A stretch of DNA of 64,000 nt from a bacterium (lineage in GTDB: Bacteria > Krumholzibacteriota > Krumholzibacteriia > LZORAL124-64-63). Position 1 is the first letter of the stretch. Each line of letters starts with the position of its first letter. The stretch is from positions 10,264 to 74,263 of the forward strand of contig JANOEP010000027.1 in the NCBI GenBank assembly GCA_031441465.1, given 5' to 3'. Below the pieces are notes generated by a model, which saw only the letters and a program-made list of their open reading frames with translations, did no database searches and was not told the DNA's origin. Of this stretch, positions 49,019-59,000 are shown one piece after another. The translations under genes were made by a program, and so were the position numbers.

Positions 49019-52000
49019 TCATTTCACCAGGGTGAGCGTCCGGGTCGCGACCCGGCCGCCGTGAACGAGCTTGCAGACGTAGGTGCCGGCGGCCAACACG
49101 CGGCCGTCGAGGCCGACGCCGCGCCACGCCACCGCGTGGGAACCGGGGGCCAGCGGACCGTCGACCAGCACGGCCACGCGTTCCCCCTTCAGGTTGAAGA
49201 CAGCCAGGTTGACGGGCGCCGCCTCGTCGCCGGGCAACTCGAAACGGATCTCGGTCCGGGGATTGAAGGGGTTGGGATAGGGCGGCGACAACGCCAGAAC
49301 CGCCGGCGCCGGCGGGGTCGCGGTCGCCGACCAGGCGTCGGGCCGCCCGTCCCCGTCGTCGTCGACGGTGAAGGTCCAGACGGTGTCGATCGTCGGCAGG
49401 GCGGCCGCCGCGTTGCTGGGCGCCGAGTCGCCCCCGAGCACACCGCCGGGCTCGGGGTCCCAGCAGAGCGACGCCACCACCGAGAGCGTGGCGCCGGCGG
49501 GCACCCGCCCGGCGCCCAGCCCGAACAGGGTGTCCCAGGGAATGGCGAGCTCGCTGCCGCCGAGGTCGCCGTTCAAGTGCTGGGAATCGAAAGCCGAGAC
49601 GATCTCGCCGGTGAGGTCGGCGGTCGTCGTCGGCGAGAGGATCCTCCAGAAGGAGTCGGAGTCCCAGACGGACTGGTGCTGGTAGCAGCCGTACTGGTAG
49701 TCGGCGCGGAAGCCGGGGGCCGTGAAGATCGCGCCGCGCTCCCAGACGTCGATCGCCGCGAGGTTGATCTGGCCCGCCGGCCCTCCGGGATCGGTGTCCA
49801 GGTACAGGAGCCAGGAGTTGCCGCTGACCCGGCCGTCGACGGCCAGGTAGAGGTAGGCGTCGTCCCAGCTGGCGTGCAGGCCGTCGATCTCGTTGCTGGA
49901 GGACCACGACGAGTCGTTCGGGTCCGACAACTCCAGGTACCCGTCCCACTCGCCCGCCTCGAGGCGCCCGTCGACGGCCACCAGCGTCGGGGCGCGCACC
50001 GCGACCGTGACGTCGTCGGCCGCGGTCACCGGCGCGTTGCCGGCGCCGCCGGGGTCGCGCACCGAGTCCGCCGTCAGCAGCAGCCGCAGGTCGGCGGGGT
50101 CCAGGGCCGACAGCGCCGCGCCGTCGGCGGCGTCCAGCTGCAGGGTGAGCGCGTCGCCCGCGAGGGTCTCGACCACGGTGGTCGCGGCGCCCAACGTGAG
50201 TTCGGCCGTGCCGTCGGCGTCCGCGTCGATGCCGAATCCCGTCGGGTCCAGCGTGGCCGGGGCGGCCGCCTGGTCGAACGAGACCGCCAGCCGGCGCGAC
50301 GTCGGGTAGTAGTCCGCCGCCACGGGCAGTGGGCCCAGGTCGTCGGTCAGGGTCGTCGCCAGCGCGCGCAACTCAGCGATCTCGCCGCCGGCGCCGGGCG
50401 CGCTCGTCACGCCGGCGAACAGCCGCACCGCGAAGGCTCCCGCACCCTTGATCTCGTCGCCCTTCATGAGCGTGCCCGCGAACTCGCCCTGATGGGACGC
50501 GCCGGCCGTGCCCAGCACCCAGGCCGCCGTCACGCCGGTCCAGGGGTTGCGCTGGCCCATGTAGGCGGCGTCGGCGACCCAGACCCGGTCCATCTGCGCG
50601 TTCCAGATCAGATCGACCAGGGACGGCGAAAAGCCGCTGCGGATCCAGTGGGTGCCCGCACCCACGCGGTAGACGGCCTCCAGGAAGCTGTCGCCCTCGG
50701 TCAGGCTGATCTCCTTGGACGTCTCCCCGCGCACCGCCCGCAGCGTCACCGTCGGGCCCGCGCCCTGGACGACCTGCAGGTCGTAGGTCTCGTGCTGGTG
50801 GTCCGGGCTCACGTCGCTGAAGGCGCCGACGTGGTTGGCGTCGTTGTAGTCGGCCTCGCCGTTCCACGAGGCGTTGTCGCAGCCGATGGCCGTGTCGCCG
50901 AGACCCGGCCCCTTGACGAAGAGGTTGACCAGGCGGCCGCCGGCGGCTTCGAAGACCGCGAACAGGTGGTCGTTGTGCAGGACGACCTCGTCGTGGCCGT
51001 CGTTGTCGAGGTCGACCGCGTAGGCGGCCGTCGTCTGGAGGTACAGGCCCGCGGCCCAGCGCGAGGCCTCGGCGTAGATCATCGCCTGCTTCACGTGCGC
51101 GGAGTAGTTGTGCTCCCAGCCGGGGATCGGCCCCACGAGGCCCTCGTGCCAGGCCGTCTCGTAGAGGTTGGTCATCAGCACGTACCAGCCGGCCTGCGAG
51201 ATGTGGTTGTCCGGAGCGGCCATCAGCGCGTTGTAGGCGTCGTTCCACAGGGCGCCGTAGTTCTTGCAGTTGCCGCCCGCGCCGGCGCAGGCGCCGCCGC
51301 CGTCGCCGCCGTTGGCCCAGGGCACCCAGCCGGCCCAGTGGCCGTACCAACCGTTGTCGCCGCCGCCGTAGCCGCCGGTGCCGCCGATCTCGTTGTAGGT
51401 GCCGGGCACGGGCGAGAAGGTGTCGCCGTTGAAGTTCGGGTTGCTCAGGGCGTCGGCCAGCTTCCAGGTGGCGAGCCAGGCGCTCTCCTGGCTGCACTTG
51501 TTGACGAACCAGTCGTAGGTCTCCTTGGCGTTCGGGGTGGCCGAGGCCCAGCCGCCCATCTCGGCGATCGCCTCCCAGTCCTCGCCCGCGGTCGCGAGGC
51601 GGTACTCGCCGACACCCGACGCTGCCAGACCCGCCAGGATGTCCAGGGAACCCTGGCCGTTGCCGCCAACGATGTTGCCGGTGAAGCTGCGGTCGCGCGG
51701 AATCAGGCGCAGGCCGTTGGCCGCCAGGAAGTGGATCCGGTGGTTGTCGTGGCCCTGCAGGTGGACGTCGTCGTCCAGGATGACGCCCCAGACGCCGTGC
51801 GGCTGGAAATCGTCGCCGAGCCAGTCGTTGACGCCGCTGGACGGGTAGCCCGAGGTGTTGAGCCAGACGCGCTCGGGGATCCAGGCGACGCGCGGCTCGT
51901 AGCCGTAGCGCGTGGCGACCATGTCGGTCTCGATCGAGACCGCCCAGTCGTTCATCTCGTCGCGGACGAAGGGCATGATGTGCTGCGCGTAGGCGGAGGT

Positions 52001-52792
52001 GAGCATGCCGGCCCAGCCCGCGGCTGCGCCGTCGGCGAGCCAGGCGTTGAAGTCCTGCGGGTCGCCGCTGTTGTGGGCCCACTCGGCGGCGGTCTGCAGC
52101 GGGCCCGAGAGGTGGAAGTTGCCGGGCACGCCGGTCGCCTGGTGCACCTGGAGCGCCTCGTCGAAACCGCTGCCCTCGAGGTCGGCGCTGCGGCCGTGGA
52201 AGACGTCGCTGTAGCCGAGGCCCTGGTTGCCGTGCAGCACCAGGGCGCAGTTGGCGGCGTAGAGCTTGTCGGGAGGATCGTGGACGACGACCTCCTCGCC
52301 CGCCAGGGTGCTGACCGTCATCGTCAAGGGGCCCGCCGCGAGGTCCGCCGGCAGGTCCAGCCAGACCGCGTCGGGATCGCCCGCCCGCCTGCCGGCCCCC
52401 GCCGCGACGTAGGCACCGCCGGAGATTTCGAGCCGATCCTCGAACAGGACCCTCGCCGCGGCGCCGGCGGTGGCGACGGTCACCTTCAACGGCACGGCGG
52501 CGGGGCCCGCTGTCAGTTCGCTGCCGGGGAACAGACCCGCCGGGCGCGCTTCGAGGCTGAGGAAGCTGATGCGCAGCCGGTCGACGCCGTCGCCGCGGTG
52601 CCGCGTCACCGCCAGCACGTCGGCGCAGGGAGGCAGGCCGGGCAAGTGCCCCACGCCGTCGACACCCAGGACGGTCACCGTTCCCACCGGAGCGGGAGCC
52701 CCGGCGGCCCGGGCGGAGCCGGTCGCCAGGACGCTCGCGGTCCCGATCACCAGGATTCCGACCGTCAACCGGCCTCGGAACAAGCGGCGCAT
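49019..52792 (-). CDS. secreted divergent GH57-like glycoside hydrolase with accessory domains and FlgD-Ig/T9SS C-terminal domain
   Basis: Signal peptide; LVLHGNQ, HLSGPL, SAYAQHIMP, AWIPERVW, GEDWE, LYETAWH; DLDNDGHDEV...GGRL beta domain; terminal YPNPFNP...TLTLVK. Confidence 0.75.
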   Translation of the reverse strand: MRRLFRGRLTVGILVIGTASVLATGSARAAGAPAPVGTVTVLGVDGVGHLPGLPPCADVLAVTRHRGDGVDRLRISFLSLEARPAGLFPGSELTAGPAAVPLKVTVATAGAAARVLFEDRLEISGGAYVAAGAGRRAGDPDAVWLDLPADLAAGPLTMTVSTLAGEEVVVHDPPDKLYAANCALVLHGNQGLGYSDVFHGRSADLEGSGFDEALQVHQATGVPGNFHLSGPLQTAAEWAHNSGDPQDFNAWLADGAAAGWAGMLTSAYAQHIMPFVRDEMNDWAVSIETDMVATRYGYEPRVAWIPERVWLNTSGYPSSGVNDWLGDDFQPHGVWGVILDDDVHLQGHDNHRIHFLAANGLRLIPRDRSFTGNIVGGNGQGSLDILAGLAASGVGEYRLATAGEDWEAIAEMGGWASATPNAKETYDWFVNKCSQESAWLATWKLADALSNPNFNGDTFSPVPGTYNEIGGTGGYGGGDNGWYGHWAGWVPWANGGDGGGACAGAGGNCKNYGALWNDAYNALMAAPDNHISQAGWYVLMTNLYETAWHEGLVGPIPGWEHNYSAHVKQAMIYAEASRWAAGLYLQTTAAYAVDLDNDGHDEVVLHNDHLFAVFEAAGGRLVNLFVKGPGLGDTAIGCDNASWNGEADYNDANHVGAFSDVSPDHQHETYDLQVVQGAGPTVTLRAVRGETSKEISLTEGDSFLEAVYRVGAGTHWIRSGFSPSLVDLIWNAQMDRVWVADAAYMGQRNPWTGVTAAWVLGTAGASHQGEFAGTLMKGDEIKGAGAFAVRLFAGVTSAPGAGGEIAELRALATTLTDDLGPLPVAADYYPTSRRLAVSFDQAAAPATLDPTGFGIDADADGTAELTLGAATTVVETLAGDALTLQLDAADGAALSALDPADLRLLLTADSVRDPGGAGNAPVTAADDVTVAVRAPTLVAVDGRLEAGEWDGYLELSDPNDSSWSSSNEIDGLHASWDDAYLYLAVDGRVSGNSWLLYLDTDPGGPAGQINLAAIDVWERGAIFTAPGFRADYQYGCYQHQSVWDSDSFWRILSPTTTADLTGEIVSAFDSQHLNGDLGGSELAIPWDTLFGLGAGRVPAGATLSVVASLCWDPEPGGVLGGDSAPSNAAAALPTIDTVWTFTVDDDGDGRPDAWSATATPPAPAVLALSPPYPNPFNPRTEIRFELPGDEAAPVNLAVFNLKGERVAVLVDGPLAPGSHAVAWRGVGLDGRVLAAGTYVCKLVHGGRVATRTLTLVK

Positions 52793-52897
52793 GGCATCCC
52801 CCCGGGCGTCGGCTGCACCGGCGCCCGCCACGATCCACGTCAAAAAGGGCGCGTCGGGTCGTTTCGGGGCCGCCCGGCACGCAGGATTCCATAGGAG

Positions 52898-52927
52898 ATT
52901 GTATCAAATCTTGTGGGGGTATTGCAA
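52898..52927 (-). promoter_or_regulatory. sigma70-type promoter for the secreted GH57 operon
   Basis: Minus strand TTGCAA-N18-TACAAT with an extended -10 TGn; an imperfect palindrome AGATTTGATACAATCT overlaps the -10. Confidence 0.6.
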
Positions 52928-52952
52928 GTGGCATCGGCCGGCGCGGAGCGGA

Positions 52953-53795
52953 TCAGCCCTTCACGCCGCCCAGGGTGAGGCCGGAGATCAGGTACCGGCT
53001 GAGCAGCAGGAACAGGACCACGACCGGGATGCAGACCAGGACCGAACCGGCGGCGTAGTTGGCCCACTCGGTCTGGTAGGTGGAGGCCAGCGACTCGAGA
53101 CCCAGCGGCAGGGTGTGCAGTTCGGCGCTCGGCAACATGACGCGGGCCACGATGAACTCGCTCCAGCCGGTCATGAAGGAGAACAGCGCGGTGATCACCA
53201 GGGCCGGCGCGCTCAGCGGCAGCGTGACGCGGCGGAAGGCCTCGAAGCGGCTGGCGCCGTCGATCAGCGCCGCCTCCTCGAGGTCGACGGGGATCGTGTC
53301 GTAGTAGCCCTTCATGGTCCACACGCAGAACGGGAGCGCCGTGGCCACGTAGGCGATCACCACCCCGATCAGGGTGTCCACCAGCTGGACCTTGCGCATG
53401 ATCATGTAGAGGGGCAGCAGGAGCATCGTCGCGGGGAACATCTGCGTCACGAGGATCCCCTGCAGGGCGGCGCCGCGCCCGCGGAAGCGCGACCGCGAAA
53501 AAGCGTAGCCCGCCAGGCTGGCCAGCGAGACGCCGATCAGCGCCGTGCTCACCGACACCAGCAGGCTGTTGCGCAGCCAGGTCGGGAACGGCTTGTCGAA
53601 GAGGATGGCGCGGTAGGCCGCCAGCGTCGCGCCCTGCGGGATCAGCCGCAGGTCCGTGGTGTAGAGCTGGTCGCCGGGCCGCAGCGAGATGTTGACGACC
53701 TGCAGGATCGGGTAGACCGAGAACAGCACGAACAACCACACCAGCGCGTGCACCCACACGTGGCTCCAGAGACGGGCCGCCGGACGCGCACGCAT
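52953..53795 (-). CDS. malG: maltodextrin ABC permease (MalG-like)
   Basis: WLRNS, AGYAFSR, QMFP, MKGYYDTIPVDLEEAALIDGA (EAA loop), WSEFI, GLTLGGVKG. Confidence 0.9.
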   Translation of the reverse strand: MRARPAARLWSHVWVHALVWLFVLFSVYPILQVVNISLRPGDQLYTTDLRLIPQGATLAAYRAILFDKPFPTWLRNSLLVSVSTALIGVSLASLAGYAFSRSRFRGRGAALQGILVTQMFPATMLLLPLYMIMRKVQLVDTLIGVVIAYVATALPFCVWTMKGYYDTIPVDLEEAALIDGASRFEAFRRVTLPLSAPALVITALFSFMTGWSEFIVARVMLPSAELHTLPLGLESLASTYQTEWANYAAGSVLVCIPVVVLFLLLSRYLISGLTLGGVKG

Positions 53796-54694
53796 CAGAA
53801 TGCCTCCCGGTCGGCGGCGCGCTGGTAGATCTTCACGATCCCGAACAGGGTCAGGAAGATGAAGACCGAGAAGGCGGCCGCGTAGCCGTAGCGGTAGTAG
53901 GTGAAGGCGGCCTTGTAGACGTAGGTCACCAGGATGTGGCTCTTGTCGCCGGGCTCGCCCTGCTTGGTGACCAGCCAGATCACGTTGAGGTTGTTGAAGG
54001 TCCAGATCGTGCCCAGCACGATCGCGGGCGTCAGCACCGGCCTGAGCATCGGCAGGGTGATCGCGGTGAAGCGGCGCCAGGCGCCGGCCCCGTCGATGCG
54101 GGCCGCCTCGTAGAGTTCTTCGGGGATGCTCTGCAGGCCGCCCAGGGCCACGACCATGATGAACGGGAAGCCGAGCCAGATGTTCGTGATCGTCGCGGCG
54201 GCGAAGGCCGTCCACTCGCCGCTCAGCCAGCCCACCGCCCCGAGCCCCAGCTTGCCCAGCAGCAGGTTCACCGAACCGTACTCCAGGTTGAACATGCCGC
54301 GCCAGGTCAGGGCTGAGATGTACTGCGGCATGGCCCAGGGCAGGATCAGCAGGGCGCGGTACAGCGGCCGGCCCGGCAAGCGGCGGTTCAGCAGCAGTGC
54401 CGCGCCCACCCCGAGGGTCACGTGGAAGACGAGGTTGACACCCGTCCACAGGAACGTCCTGAGAAAGACGCGCAGGAATTCCGGCTCGCGCACGAGCTTG
54501 GCGTAGTTGGTCAGTCCGTTGAACGCCGGGTCGCGGAAGTGGAACATGTTCCAGTTGGTGAACGACATCCCGACGTTGTAGAAGAACGGGTACGCCACGA
54601 CCAGCAGCAGCACCGCGGCGGTGGGCGCCAGGAACCAGAGAGCCATCCGGCCGCCCCGGGATTCGAGGTCCACGCGTCGGCGCCCACCGTTCAT
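53795..54694 (-). CDS. malF: maltodextrin ABC permease (MalF-like)
   Basis: SFTN, GLTNY, LILPWAMP, NIWLGFPF, LQSIPEELYEAARIDGA, ITLPML, FNNLNVI. Confidence 0.9.
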   Translation of the reverse strand: MNGGRRRVDLESRGGRMALWFLAPTAAVLLLVVAYPFFYNVGMSFTNWNMFHFRDPAFNGLTNYAKLVREPEFLRVFLRTFLWTGVNLVFHVTLGVGAALLLNRRLPGRPLYRALLILPWAMPQYISALTWRGMFNLEYGSVNLLLGKLGLGAVGWLSGEWTAFAAATITNIWLGFPFIMVVALGGLQSIPEELYEAARIDGAGAWRRFTAITLPMLRPVLTPAIVLGTIWTFNNLNVIWLVTKQGEPGDKSHILVTYVYKAAFTYYRYGYAAAFSVFIFLTLFGIVKIYQRAADREAF

Positions 54695-55944
54695 TCCCGC
54701 ATCTCCGCGATCAGGCGCACGGCCCGCTCCTGCATGCGGGCGGCGGCCGCCTCCGGCGTCAGCTCGCCGCTGAGGCAGGCCTGGTAGGCGGGGCGCATGG
54801 CGTCCCAGATGGCCCGCATCTCGCTGACGATGGGCATGATGCGCCCGTGGTCGACCTGGCGACGCGAGGCGGCCAGCAGCGGGTCGGCCACGAGTTGGGG
54901 GTCGGCGCGCACTTCGATGTCGCCGGGCAACACCGCCAGTTCGCGCGCCAGATCCGTCTGCACCTCGGGCGAGGTCAACCAGCGCAGCAGAGCCAGGGTG
55001 GCCGGCAGGCTCTTGGGGTGCGTGTAGCGGTTCACCGAGTAGCACTTGGCCGCGGTCATCGGCGAGGGCCACAGCCCGGTGGCGGGGATACGCGGCAGCA
55101 GGCCCAGTTCGATGTCCACGCCGGCCTGCCGGTAGCCGTCCCACGACCAGGGTCCGTTGACGATGTAGGCGGCGCGCCCCTCCTTGAACAACGTGTCGGC
55201 CAGCTGGTAGTCGCACTCGCGCGGCATCACGCCGGCTTCCACTAGGCCCTTGAGGAAGGTCAGGGCGTCGATCATGCCCTGGGAGTCGAGGGTCGGGTTC
55301 GCCTGCGCGTCCATCACCCAGCCGCCGAAGCCGCCCAACCACGGCACCAGGAAGAAGGGCTCGATGCGGTCGAAGACCACGCCGTAGATCTCGGGCTTGC
55401 CGTCGCCGTCGCGGTCGACGGTGAGCCGGCGCAGCTGCGCGACCCAGGCGTCGGCGTCCTCCGGGATCGCGTCCACGTGCGCGCGGTTGGCCACCAGGGT
55501 GAGGTGGTTGCCGACCTGGTCGGGCAGGCCCCAGACGTGCCCCTCGAGGGTCGGCAGGCCGGAGGGGTCGAAGCGCGCCAGCACCTCGGGCGGCAGCAGC
55601 TCGTCCAGCGGCAGGATCAGGTCCATGATCACGAAGGGACCGACCTGGTCCGAGGGGCCGTAGACCAGGTTGGGTCCGCCCATGGCCATGGCTGCGGTCT
55701 GGAACTGGGTGCGCAGGTCCTCGGTGTTGTAGTTGGCGCGGGAGATGCGGATGTCGGCGTACTCGGGGTGGGCGGCCTGGAACTCGCCGATGTGCCGCTC
55801 GAGCAGGGTGCGCTCGCGGGGATCCATCTGCTCCCAGATGACGACCTGGTCGGCGCGGTCGACCCGACCGCAGCCGCCGGCGGTCGCCAGCAGCGACAGG
55901 CAGGCGACGAACGGCGCAATGCGGTGGGGGCACGGGCGGTTCAT
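54691..55944 (-). CDS. malE: maltodextrin-binding lipoprotein (MalE-like)
   Basis: Lipobox AGG-C, GPNLVYGPSD, LFKEGRAAYIVNGPW, IMPIVSEMRAIW (MalE MP..P.M...W type). Confidence 0.85.
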   Translation of the reverse strand: MNRPCPHRIAPFVACLSLLATAGGCGRVDRADQVVIWEQMDPRERTLLERHIGEFQAAHPEYADIRISRANYNTEDLRTQFQTAAMAMGGPNLVYGPSDQVGPFVIMDLILPLDELLPPEVLARFDPSGLPTLEGHVWGLPDQVGNHLTLVANRAHVDAIPEDADAWVAQLRRLTVDRDGDGKPEIYGVVFDRIEPFFLVPWLGGFGGWVMDAQANPTLDSQGMIDALTFLKGLVEAGVMPRECDYQLADTLFKEGRAAYIVNGPWSWDGYRQAGVDIELGLLPRIPATGLWPSPMTAAKCYSVNRYTHPKSLPATLALLRWLTSPEVQTDLARELAVLPGDIEVRADPQLVADPLLAASRRQVDHGRIMPIVSEMRAIWDAMRPAYQACLSGELTPEAAAARMQERAVRLIAEMRE

Positions 55945-56017
55945 GGTCCGATGAGGCTACCCGCCCGAATGGTCCCGTGCAATCGGAATGTGGTGGCGGC
56001 GCGACCGCCGCGCCCCG

Positions 56018-56023
56018 TATAAT
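56018..56023 (+). promoter_or_regulatory. -10 element for the giant surface-protein operon
   Basis: Perfect TATAAT in a GC-rich background 50 bp before ATG 56074; no good -35. Confidence 0.5.
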
Positions 56024-56073
56024 GCCGGCTCCCGGAACGCGACCACGTCCACCGACCGGAGCGGGGCGATCCC

Positions 56074-59000
56074 ATGCGAGCCAGCCAACTCCTGCGAACC
56101 CGCGCGGCCCTGGCCGCGTTGCTCGTCCTGCTGGGCGCCGCGGGCGCCGCGGCCGAACCCTTCCACACGCCGACCGTCAACGGCCTCATCGCCGGCGACG
56201 GCGTCGACTGGGAGACGCCCGACCGCGTGCTCGACGACTTCGACGACGACGGCAACCAGCGCTCGGGCAACACCCGTCACCTGTGGCTCACCTGGGACCA
56301 GAACAATCTCTACCTCGGCCTGAACTACCAGGCGCTGGACCGCACGGTCGTGGTCTACCTCGACGCGGGGCTGGGCACGGGACCCACCGACGCGTCGCTG
56401 CTCGACCAGTTCCCCCGCGCCCTCGTGCTGCCCGCGGGTCGGCACATCGACCTGCTGCTCGCGCAGCACCACACCGGGTTCACCAACCTCGGCACGCTGC
56501 AGGCCTGGCGCGTCACCGACGCAACCGGCGCGCTGACCGAGATCACCACCTCGACGCAGAACGCCCAGACCTACGGCGTGGACAACACCTTCCCCGGCGC
56601 CAGCATCTTCTGGTTCCGCAACGAGATCGCCATCCCCTGGAGCGTGGTCTACCCCGACGGCCCACCCGCACACGCGGTGCTGCGCGCCGCCGTGGCCGTC
56701 ACCCCCGGCGCCGACGGCGCCGGCGCCGACGACCTCATGCCCGGGCTCGGCCGGCTCGAAGGCGTCGCGGGTCCGATCCGGATCGCCCAGATGCACGCCT
56801 CGATCCTCGATCAGGACGGCGACGGCGAGGTCGACCCCCTCGACGCCGGCGCCAGCGGCACGGTCACCCTGCAGCAGGATCCGGGCAACGCGGCGATCAC
56901 CGCGACGGCCACGCTGACCGACTGGAGCGGCGCGCCGCTCGGCGGTCCGATCGCCGCGGTCCGCACCGCCGCCGGCGCCCACGACTACCGTCTCGGCCGC
57001 TTGGCCGCCGGCACCTACACGCTGCAGTTCTCGGCGCCGGGCTACTTCCCCAACACGATCGAGGTCACGGTAGCGGCCGGACAGGAGCTGACCGGCGCCA
57101 ACGTCACGCTGGAGAAGGCGACCACGATCACCGGCACGCTCGCGCTCGAGTTGGCCGGCTCGCGCGGCGGTTTCGTGTTCCGGGCCCCGGACGGCGCGGT
57201 CCTGGCGGAGCAGCCGCTGCTGCTGCCCAACCAGTTCCCGTACCACTTCACGTTCTACGTGCAGGAGAGCGGCGACTACGAGCTGGAAGCCTTCGCCGCC
57301 AACCACCTGCGCCGGACCTTCACCATCCCCGTGGTCGCGGGCGTCGATGTCGCGAACCTCGTCCTGCAGCTGCCGCGGGCGCCCCTGATCGCCGGCGCCG
57401 CCTCGTTCGCCAGCGGCCCCGGCGCGGCCGGCACCGTGACGATCGGCAACGCGGCCGGCGACACCGTCCTGGCGACCACGGTGATCGGACCCGGCGCGAC
57501 CGCGTTCTCGTACTACGCGCCGCGGCTCGGGGCCTTGACCCTGCGAGCCACCGCCGGCACCTACGCCCCCGTCGTGCTGAACGTCAACGTCGTCGCGGGC
57601 CAGGACCTGAACGGGCTCGCGCTGCCGCTACACCGCCTGCCGCAGCTCGCCGGCTCGATCGGCTTCGCCGACGGGCCCGGACACGCAGGCCGGCTGATCC
57701 TCTCCGGCGGCGCCGCCGATCCCGACACGCTGGACTTCCCCGCGGACGGCGGCACGTTCGCCGAAGGCTCCGGCGAGCTGGCGCCCTTCTTCGTGCCCGC
57801 CGGGAGCTACCTGCTCACGGCCGAGGCCGACGGCTACGTTCCGCAGACCCGCGAACTGGCCGTGGCCGACGCGCCCGACCAGACAGTGGACGCGGGCGTG
57901 TTCTCGCTGCTGGCGGTGCGGGCCGACCGCCTGCGCCTGCTGGACGACCAGGGCCTGCCGACGGTGAGCGTGTCGGCCACGGTCTCGGTCCCCGCGGACG
58001 GCTTCTACTCCTACGCGCCGCTGCGGCTCGAGGCGGTCGACGCCGCAGGGCGGCGCGACCTGTTTGACCTCGACGCCAAGCTGGCGGACCTACCCCTGAC
58101 CGCGCGCAAGCTCGACGACGTGTCGCCGCCGAGCGGGGCCGCGCGCTTCCTCGCGAGCGAGGACTTCGCGGACGTCGTCACCACCGCCAGCGCCGACAGC
58201 GGCCTGATCCGGCTCTGGATCGCCGACGACGCGGTCGAAGTGCTGCGCCTCTACGTTGGACCCGACGTTCCCGACCACCTCAAGCAGGGACCCGAGTCCC
58301 CCACGGCCCGCTTCATGGTCGGCTTCAACGACCCCCGCCCGGCCGTCGTCGTGCTCGCGGCCGAACGCGACACGCTGCGCACCGACGGCCAGGACGCCGT
58401 GCTGGTCTCGGCCCAGCTCTACGACTCCGCCGGCAACGCGAGCCTCCTGCCCGATATCGCGGTCACCTTCTCCGTCGCCCCGTCCTCGACCGGCGAGGGC
58501 GCCTTCACCGTCCCCACGGTGACCACCAACGCCGACGGCTTCGCCGTGGCCGAGCTGACCGCCACCGGCACCGGCGTGCTGCAGATCGACGCGTCCGTGT
58601 CCATCGACGGCGCGGTCCTGGAAGTCCGCACCGGTGGGCCGGACGGGCCCGTCGGCCGCCTGCCGGTGACCGTCATCCCCGGGGTCACGGTCTCCTGGCG
58701 GATCGCCGCCGCGGCGGGCACCGCCGGCATCGCCTTGCCGGCGACCATCGTCGCGCAGCTGGTCGACGCCTACGGCAACCCCACCGCGGACGCGGGCGTG
58801 CCGCTGACGTTCGTCGCGGCGCCCGCGACGCTCGGCTCGTTCACCGTCCCGGCGACCCAGAGCGGCGCCGACGGCCGGGCCACGGCCGTCTTCCAGCCCG
58901 CCGGCCTGGCCGGTGTGGTGACCCTCGACGCCGTCTCGTCCGCGTATCCCGTGGAGCCGGTCCTGCTGCAACTGCGCGACGTGGCCGTCGAGACCGACCC

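Noticed and set aside
55976-55992. TGCAATCG as a LacI-family operator between malE and the giant gene
   Set aside because: Only a half-site; the right arm is not palindromic and no LacI gene is in the window.
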